NCBI GenBank assembly: GCA_038279365.1
Contig: JAYODI010000006.1
Span: forward strand, 4,354 to 68,353
Direction: 5' to 3'
Source: Candidatus Latescibacterota bacterium
GTDB taxonomy: Bacteria; Latescibacterota; UBA2968
DNA length: 64,000 bases
Below, piece after piece: positions 57,404 through 64,000 of the stretch. Below the pieces are notes generated by a model that saw only the letters and a list, made by a program, of their open reading frames with translations, did no database searches and was not told where the DNA came from. The translations under genes and the position numbers were made by a program. The first letter of the stretch is position 1. Each line of letters begins with the position of its first letter.

Positions 57404-57428
57404 AGGAGCACTCCTAATCGGTTAATAA

Positions 57429-57770
57429 TTACTCGTCGTTGGCGACAACCAACGTAATGTGGCTATATCGTTTTCGAATGACACCCGCCGAACCTCTTGG
57501 CTGCGGACGCATTCTTTTCATACCAATACCACCATCGACAAATGCTTCTTTTACATACAATTCTTCTTCACGCACAGTTACCTCTTCTTGGTTGACGGCA
57601 TTTGCAACCGCCGACCGCAAGGTTCGCTCGACCAGGCGAGCTGCCTTTTTCGGCGTAAACTGCAAAATATTCATTGCCTCTCCGATTCCTTTACCTCGAA
57701 CCAGATCAACCACTTGCCGTGCTTTGCGAGGCGAAACTTTGGTGTAACGCAATACAGCCTTGGCTTCCAT
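57429..57770 (-). CDS. rplV: 50S ribosomal protein L22
   Basis: SPRKAR.V.DLVRG, SAVANA, SHIT. Confidence 0.99.
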   Translation of the reverse strand: MEAKAVLRYTKVSPRKARQVVDLVRGKGIGEAMNILQFTPKKAARLVERTLRSAVANAVNQEEVTVREEELYVKEAFVDGGIGMKRMRPQPRGSAGVIRKRYSHITLVVANDE

Positions 57771-57799
57771 GTGTGACTCGTCCTTATTTAATATCCAGA

Positions 57800-58087
57800 T
57801 TATCTTAAGCTCGTTGCCCGTTCTGACGATTGACCACGCTGCCCACGATAGGTGCGGGTTGGTGCAAATTCACCCAATTTATGACCTACCATATTTTCGG
57901 TAATATAAACGGGAATGAATTTATTGCCGTTGTGTACGGCTAAAGTATGACCAACAAAATCTGGGGCAATTGTAGAGCGTCGTGCCCAAGTTTGGATCAC
58001 GCGCTTATTCCCACCTTTGTTCATTTGTTCGATCTTTTTCTGCAAGCTGGCCTCAATAAAAGGGCCCTTTTTGACAGAACGTGCCAT
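57800..58087 (-). CDS. rpsS: 30S ribosomal protein S19
   Basis: [21 protein letters not shown]. Confidence 0.99.
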   Translation of the reverse strand: MARSVKKGPFIEASLQKKIEQMNKGGNKRVIQTWARRSTIAPDFVGHTLAVHNGNKFIPVYITENMVGHKLGEFAPTRTYRGQRGQSSERATSLR

Positions 58088-58104
58088 AGAGCATCAACTC
58101 CTAA

Positions 58105-58932
58105 TTATTTTTTACGACGTTCTACAATCATTCGATTAGATTTCTTATTTTTCTTACGTGTTTTATAACCTTTGGTTGGCTTTCCCCAAGGTGTCACTGG
58201 ATGACCACCACCAGAGGAACGACCTTCACCACCACCATGTGGGTGATCAATGGGGTTCATGGCAACACCACGAACCTTAGGCCGACGCCCTTTCCAACGA
58301 CTGCGCCCTGCTTTGCCCAGAACAACATTTTCATGTTCAAGGTTGCCCACTTGACCCAAGGTTGCATAACAAACCAAAGGAACCAAACGACGTTCACCCG
58401 AAGGCAATTGGAGGGTTGCGAAACGACCATCTTTGGCCATCAACTGAATTTCAACACCCGCAGAACGACCCAATTGCCCCCCCTTGCCGGGTTGCAATTC
58501 AACATTGTGGATCGTGCTACCCAAAGGCATGTTCTCTAAAGGCAACGCATTGCCTACTCGTATGGGTGCTTGAGGACCTGCAACAAGCTGATCGCCTACT
58601 TGAAGACCATTGGGGCTCAAGATATAACGTTTTTCACCATCTGCATAATGCAACAATGCGATCCGCGCCGAACGGTTTGGATCATATTCAATGCTGTTGA
58701 CGACAGCTGGAACAGAGAGTTTGTTGCGCTTAAAATCGATACGACGATAAGCCCGTTTGTGACCACCGCCAATGTGCCGACTCGTGATACGCCCTCTGCT
58801 GTTTCGTCCACCCGTTTTTTTGAGCGGTTCAAGCAATGATTTTTCTGGCGTTGTTTTGGTAATCTCGACAAATGATGAAACCGTTTTAAAACGCAGTGTC
58901 GGGGTTACTGGGCGAAATTTTTTGACCGGCAT
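58105..58932 (-). CDS. rplB: 50S ribosomal protein L2
   Basis: [26 protein letters not shown]. Confidence 0.99.
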   Translation of the reverse strand: MPVKKFRPVTPTLRFKTVSSFVEITKTTPEKSLLEPLKKTGGRNSRGRITSRHIGGGHKRAYRRIDFKRNKLSVPAVVNSIEYDPNRSARIALLHYADGEKRYILSPNGLQVGDQLVAGPQAPIRVGNALPLENMPLGSTIHNVELQPGKGGQLGRSAGVEIQLMAKDGRFATLQLPSGERRLVPLVCYATLGQVGNLEHENVVLGKAGRSRWKGRRPKVRGVAMNPIDHPHGGGEGRSSGGGHPVTPWGKPTKGYKTRKKNKKSNRMIVERRKK

Positions 58933-58937
58933 ATTAA

Positions 58938-59225
58938 TTATCCTTCAAAAAAGTCGATGTTATGACCTTGTGCAAGTGTTACGACAGCTTTTTTCCAGTT
59001 AGACCGACGCCCTTGGAAACGACCCAGTCGTTTGAGTTTGCCGTGCATGTTAGATGTATTTACTTTAACCACATCAACATCAAACATGGACTCTACTGCG
59101 CGACGAATATCAATCTTATTGGCACTTGAGAGCACTTCAAAAATATACTTCCCGTGCTTTTCTTGTAAAGCTGACGCACGTTCCGTAATCATTGGGCGTC
59201 GAATAATCGAATGGTGATTTGTCAT
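58938..59225 (-). CDS. rplW: 50S ribosomal protein L23
   Basis: [18 protein letters not shown]. Confidence 0.98.
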   Translation of the reverse strand: MTNHHSIIRRPMITERASALQEKHGKYIFEVLSSANKIDIRRAVESMFDVDVVKVNTSNMHGKLKRLGRFQGRRSNWKKAVVTLAQGHNIDFFEG

Positions 59226-59854
59226 GCCGCCCCCCACAAAGACTGAATACGATCAAGCGCACCTTGAGTCAAAATCAAAGCATCTGCTTGAACAACATCA
59301 TAAGTTGAAACTTGAGAAATTGGCAAGATAGAAAGCCGAGAAATGTTCTGACAAGATCTGACCACATTATCAGACTTTTCAGCTGTCAACAACAATGTTT
59401 TCTGATCTTGAACTTTTAAATGCTGCGTCATTTGAGCCATGCGTTTTGTCTTTGGAGCTTCCAAATCAAAATCTTCCAAAACCCGCAAAGCCTCATCTTT
59501 TACCTTTTGAGAAAATGCAGAACGAATGGCCAAACTCTTAACCTTCTTTGGCACGCGCTCGTGGTATGCATGGGGCTTAGGACCATGAGCAATACCACCA
59601 CCAACCAACACCGGCGAGCCTGCAGTACCCTTACGTGCGCGACCCGTACCTTTTTGACGATACATTTTCTTTTTTGTTAAGTCGACTTCTGCACGCGTCT
59701 TTGTGGAAGCATTGCCTTGACGTTGATTTGTCAAATAAGCTTTGACCACATAATAGACCGCTTCGGAAGATGGTTCGATACCAAAGATATTGTCTGGCAG
59801 ATCGACAGAACCGACTTCTTTTCCATCGATGTTTTGAACCCCAATTGATGCCAT
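59222..59854 (-). CDS. rplD: 50S ribosomal protein L4
   Basis: RQG..STKTRAEV, RQKGTGRAR, GGG.AHGPKP. Confidence 0.99.
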   Translation of the reverse strand: MASIGVQNIDGKEVGSVDLPDNIFGIEPSSEAVYYVVKAYLTNQRQGNASTKTRAEVDLTKKKMYRQKGTGRARKGTAGSPVLVGGGIAHGPKPHAYHERVPKKVKSLAIRSAFSQKVKDEALRVLEDFDLEAPKTKRMAQMTQHLKVQDQKTLLLTAEKSDNVVRSCQNISRLSILPISQVSTYDVVQADALILTQGALDRIQSLWGAA

Positions 59855-59874
59855 GAATCACGTTCCTTAAAGTA

Positions 59875-60507
59875 TTAACTACGCTTTTTAATAATTACCG
59901 TCACTCCACGAGCACCAGGCACCGCACCCTTTACAACCAACAAATTGCGTTCGGTATCTATTTGAATGATCTTAAGTCCCTTTACGGTGACTTGTCGATC
60001 ACCCATATGGCCTGCCATGCGAGTGCCTTTGAAAACGCGAGAGGGATCAGAGCTTTGTCCAATGGAACCAGGGGCACGATGTCTATCGGATTGTCCGTGT
60101 GTTTTTGGACCACCGCTAAAACCATGACGTTTCACACCACCTTGAAAACCACGTCCCTTAGATTGCCCGGTTACATCTACAATGTCACCGACAGCAAACA
60201 TGCTCACATCCAGTTTGTCTCCCACAGAAAAGGCATCAGCATCGTCAACACGAAATTCTTTTAGCCCTTTGTGGGGTGCCACATTTGTCTTTTTGAAAAG
60301 ACCCATCTCTGCCTGTGACAAACGCTGTGCTTTGGTCTCATTATAAGCGACTTTCACAGCAGAATACCCATCAGCAGAAGATGTTTTTTTAACTTGAACA
60401 ACAGGGTTGGGAGCGACTTCCAACACCGTTACGGGTGTTAGTTGTTCGCGCTCATCAAAGGCCTGTGTCATTCCTTTTTTTGTACCAATTAGTCCCTGCA
60501 CGATCAC
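59875..60507 (-). CDS. rplC: 50S ribosomal protein L3
   Basis: [32 protein letters not shown] start (60507 or 60501). Confidence 0.98.
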   Translation of the reverse strand: MIVQGLIGTKKGMTQAFDEREQLTPVTVLEVAPNPVVQVKKTSSADGYSAVKVAYNETKAQRLSQAEMGLFKKTNVAPHKGLKEFRVDDADAFSVGDKLDVSMFAVGDIVDVTGQSKGRGFQGGVKRHGFSGGPKTHGQSDRHRAPGSIGQSSDPSRVFKGTRMAGHMGDRQVTVKGLKIIQIDTERNLLVVKGAVPGARGVTVIIKKRS

Positions 60508-60812
60508 ACCTTAATTTCAATATCGATACCTGCTGGCAGATCCAACTTCATCAAAGCGTCTACCGTCTGCGGTGTCGAATTGTGAATATCAATTAAGCGC
60601 TTATGTACCCGCATTTCAAACTGTTCACGCGATTTCTTGTTCACATGGGGTGAACGAAGAACCGTATACAAAGAGCGCTTGGTTGGCAGAGGGATAGGGC
60701 CAGAAATTAAGGCCCCAGTCCTTTTAGCCGTCCGAACAATCTCTTCAGCCGAACGATCCAATGCATTGTGATCGTAAGCTTTGAGGCGAATTCTAATTTT
60801 CTGAGCTGGCAA
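60504..60812 (-). CDS. rpsJ: 30S ribosomal protein S10
   Basis: [34 protein letters not shown] start. Confidence 0.99.
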   Translation of the reverse strand: MPAQKIRIRLKAYDHNALDRSAEEIVRTAKRTGALISGPIPLPTKRSLYTVLRSPHVNKKSREQFEMRVHKRLIDIHNSTPQTVDALMKLDLPAGIDIEIKV

Positions 60813-60833
60813 TGAACACTCCTTGGGCCGCTA

Positions 60834-62027
60834 TTACTCAATGATTTCCGTGATCACACCAGCACCAATTGTACGACCGCCTTCACGCACAGCAAAGCGC
60901 AATTCGGTTTCCATTGCAATGGGTGTAATCAATTCAACTGTCATCGTCACATTGTCACCAGGCATTACCATTTCAACGCCTTCGGGCAGTTGAACGTTGC
61001 CAGTCACATCTGTTGTACGGAAAAAGAATTGGGGGCGATAACCTGTGAAGAAAGGTTTGCTACGTCCACCTTCTTTTTCGGTCAACACATAAACTTCACC
61101 AACAAATTTTTTGTGAGGGGTGACCGTACCGGGTTTGGCAATAACCATACCACGATCGAGATCTTCTTTGTTGATACCGCGCAACAAAAGTCCCACATTG
61201 TCACCAGCCATACCTTGATCGAGCAATTTGCGGAACATTTCCACACCCGTTACAGTGGTCTTACGGGTTTCGCGCAAGCCCACAATTTCAACTTCTTCGT
61301 TTACATTTACCACACCACGTTCGATACGTCCTGTACCGACAGTACCACGACCGGTAATTGTAAATACGTCTTCAACGGGCATCAAGAAGTCTTTGTCTAC
61401 ATCGCGTTGGGGCATAGGAATATGCTCGTCCACAGCAGCCATCAATTCCCAAATACAAGCACATTCTGCAGAATCAGGGTCATCGGATTCCAGTGCCTTC
61501 AAGGCTGAACCGCGAATAACTGGTGCATCATCGCCAGAAAATTCATATTCAGACAACAATTCACGTACTTCCAAATCAACCAAGTCGAGCAATTCTTCGT
61601 CATCGACCATGTCGACTTTGTTCATAAAGACCACAACGGCGGGCACATTTACTTGACGAGACAACAAAATGTGTTCGCGTGTTTGAATCATAGGACCATC
61701 AGCAGCGCTCACAACCAAGATAGCACCGTCCATTTGAGCAGCACCAGTGATCATGTTTTTCACATAGTCAGCGTGTCCAGGACAGTCCACGTGTGCATAG
61801 TGGCGTGCTTCTGTTTGATATTCCACATGGGAGGTATTAATGGTAATACCACGCTCTTTTTCTTCTGGGGCTTTGTCAATATTTTCAAATGGTGTAAATT
61901 GAGCCAAACCTTTGCCTGCCAATGTTTTGGTAATAGCAGCTGTCAGTGTGGTCTTTCCATGATCCACATGCCCAATTGTACCAATATTAACATGTGGTTT
62001 GTCACGTTCAAACTTTTCCTTCGCCAT
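60834..62027 (-). CDS. tuf: elongation factor Tu
   Basis: [29 protein letters not shown]. Confidence 0.99.
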   Translation of the reverse strand: MAKEKFERDKPHVNIGTIGHVDHGKTTLTAAITKTLAGKGLAQFTPFENIDKAPEEKERGITINTSHVEYQTEARHYAHVDCPGHADYVKNMITGAAQMDGAILVVSAADGPMIQTREHILLSRQVNVPAVVVFMNKVDMVDDEELLDLVDLEVRELLSEYEFSGDDAPVIRGSALKALESDDPDSAECACIWELMAAVDEHIPMPQRDVDKDFLMPVEDVFTITGRGTVGTGRIERGVVNVNEEVEIVGLRETRKTTVTGVEMFRKLLDQGMAGDNVGLLLRGINKEDLDRGMVIAKPGTVTPHKKFVGEVYVLTEKEGGRSKPFFTGYRPQFFFRTTDVTGNVQLPEGVEMVMPGDNVTMTVELITPIAMETELRFAVREGGRTIGAGVITEIIE

Positions 62028-62078
62028 GGTCTCCTCCTGTGAGAGCAAACGATCCTATAAAAGACGCATTGTTAACAT

Positions 62079-64000
62079 TTAAGTTGCAGCATTAATCTTA
62101 GACATAACCTCTTCAGCAATGCTACGTGGCACTTCTTCAAACTTCGCAAATTCCATTGAATAAATAGCGCGCCCTTGTGTACCTGAGCGCAATTTTGTTG
62201 CATAGCCAAACATTTCGCTCAAAGGGACAGTGGCATTAATAACCTGTGCATCTGGGCGGTTGACAATACCAACAATTTGGCCTCTGCGCGAATTCAAATC
62301 GCCCATCACCTCACCCATATATTCCTCAGGCACAACCACTTCAACATCAAAAACGGGTTCCATCAAGTATGGCTTGGCGCGCTTTGCGGCCATTTGGAAT
62401 GCCATTGAACCTGCGATTTTAAATGCCATTTCTGAGGAGTCTACATCGTGGTAAGAACCATCATGCAAAGTCACCTTGACATCTTCAATCGGATACCCAG
62501 CCAACACACCGCCAGCCATTGCTTCTTGAATGCCTTGCCGAACAGAGTTGATGTATTCACCAGGAATGGCACCACCCGATATCTTGTTTTCAAATATATA
62601 TCCGGCACCAGGCTCACTGGGCTCCATATCAATCACAACGTGACCATATTGACCACGACCACCGCTTTGACGAACAAAACGAGCGTCCACATCGACAACT
62701 TTTTCTTTAATGGCTTCTTTGTAAGAGACTTGAGGCTTGCCAACGTTTGCATCCACCTTGAACTCACGCTTTAAGCGATCTACAATAATTTCAAGATGCA
62801 ACTCACCCATACCAGAGATAATGGTTTGTCCTGTATCCTTATCTACGGTAACGTGAAATGTCGGATCTTCTTCAGCAAGCTTGGCAAGAGCAGAGCCCAA
62901 TTGATCTTGATCTGCTTTTGTTTTTGGCTCTATGGCAACAGAAATCACGGGCTTTGCAAATTCCATCGATTCCAAAACAATAGGATCGCTTTCAACACAA
63001 AGGGTCTCCCCTGTGCCCGTGTCTTTAAGACCTACAACGGCAGCAATATCGCCAGCAAAAACTTCGTCAATTTCTTCACGTGTATTGGCATGCATTTGGA
63101 GCACACGCCCAATACGCTCGCGTTTGCCTTTATTCGAGTTTAACACATAAGAACCCGTAGGCAGATGCCCAGAATAAACGCGGAAGAATGTCAAACGTCC
63201 AACGTAAGGATCTGTCATCACCTTAAATGCCAACGCCGCAAAAGGAGCATCATCTGCAACAGGGCGTGTCAACTTTTGCTCAGTATCTCTTGGTGCATGA
63301 CCTTCAATTTCTGGCACATCCAAAGGTGATGGCAAAAATGCAACAATGGCATCTAAAAGACGTTGTACACCTTTGTTTTTAAAAGCAGATCCACACAAAA
63401 CTGGCACTGCAGTACCATTGTTTACAGCTGCTCGAAGCGCGCTTTTAATTTCAACTTCGCTAATTTCTTGGCCATCTAAAAACTTTTCCATAAGCGTGTC
63501 ATCAAAGTCTGAAATAGACTCAAGCAACAACTCACGCCCCTTATTGGCCCGTTCTTCCAAATCGTGAGGAATATCGCTTTCAATAAACTTGGTGCCCATT
63601 GTATCATCTTCATAGGTCACCAATTTCATTTTGATTAAGTCGATAAGCCCCGTAAACATTTCACCAGCACCCACAGGCAACTGAACGGGCACAAAATTAG
63701 AAGCCAAACGTTCACGCATCATCCCCAACACGCGGTCAAAGTCTGCGCCTGTGCGGTCCATCTTATTCACAAAAGCAATACGAGGCACACCATATTTATC
63801 GGCTTGGCGCCATACGGTTTCCGATTGTGGCTCAACACCACCTACGGCACAAAACAAACCAACAGCACCATCCAACACACGCAATGAACGCTCGACCTCA
63901 GCAGTAAAGTCTACGTGACCTGGGGTATCAATGATATTAATGCGGTGATCATCCCAGAAACAAGTGGTGGCAGCAGAGGTAATGGTAATACCGCGCTCAC
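62079..64000 (-). CDS. fusA: elongation factor G (5' end beyond the window)
   Basis: window edge reads [15 protein letters not shown]...[12 protein letters not shown], then [21 protein letters not shown]. Confidence 0.99.
   Translation of the reverse strand, partial: ERGITITSAATTCFWDDHRINIIDTPGHVDFTAEVERSLRVLDGAVGLFCAVGGVEPQSETVWRQADKYGVPRIAFVNKMDRTGADFDRVLGMMRERLASNFVPVQLPVGAGEMFTGLIDLIKMKLVTYEDDTMGTKFIESDIPHDLEERANKGRELLLESISDFDDTLMEKFLDGQEISEVEIKSALRAAVNNGTAVPVLCGSAFKNKGVQRLLDAIVAFLPSPLDVPEIEGHAPRDTEQKLTRPVADDAPFAALAFKVMTDPYVGRLTFFRVYSGHLPTGSYVLNSNKGKRERIGRVLQMHANTREEIDEVFAGDIAAVVGLKDTGTGETLCVESDPIVLESMEFAKPVISVAIEPKTKADQDQLGSALAKLAEEDPTFHVTVDKDTGQTIISGMGELHLEIIVDRLKREFKVDANVGKPQVSYKEAIKEKVVDVDARFVRQSGGRGQYGHVVIDMEPSEPGAGYIFENKISGGAIPGEYINSVRQGIQEAMAGGVLAGYPIEDVKVTLHDGSYHDVDSSEMAFKIAGSMAFQMAAKRAKPYLMEPVFDVEVVVPEEYMGEVMGDLNSRRGQIVGIVNRPDAQVINATVPLSEMFGYATKLRSGTQGRAIYSMEFAKFEEVPRSIAEEVMSKINAAT

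Overview
Bacterial chromosomal window from a diderm, flagellated organism (BamD, CpoB, flagellin, FliN, FliL). The gene mix (DUF6785-type membrane protein, PhyH dioxygenases, BNR sialidase) suggests a Latescibacterota/FCB-associated lineage, but that is inference only. From 47.2 to 64 kb on the minus strand lies the str/S10/spc/alpha ribosomal protein superoperon (fusA partial through rplQ, without adk/map/infA). The first 47 kb holds housekeeping and accessory genes: sensor kinases, metH, MATE/TauE/MFS transporters, sialidase, flagellin with a sigma28 promoter and CsrA-type hairpins, zapA, nadD-bamD-cpoB, rbsK, purB, an orphan rfbC, large-type purL, galK, a single-ORF GalE-GalT fusion, greA and rlmD. 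No tRNA, rRNA, CRISPR array or transposase was seen. The most unusual signals are non-coding. (1) A dispersed element with a ~35-bp core (TTAAACCCTA-N10/11-AAGG-G-rich-GGGC) and heptamer arms occurs three times. (2) Further 7-/8-mer arrays sit at or beside stop codons. (3) A compact four-way-junction cloverleaf and GNA-loop hairpins bracket rfbC. (4) Several 5' leaders are structured, one with a preQ1-II-like pseudoknot topology that pairs with the RBS of a 65-aa orphan gene.
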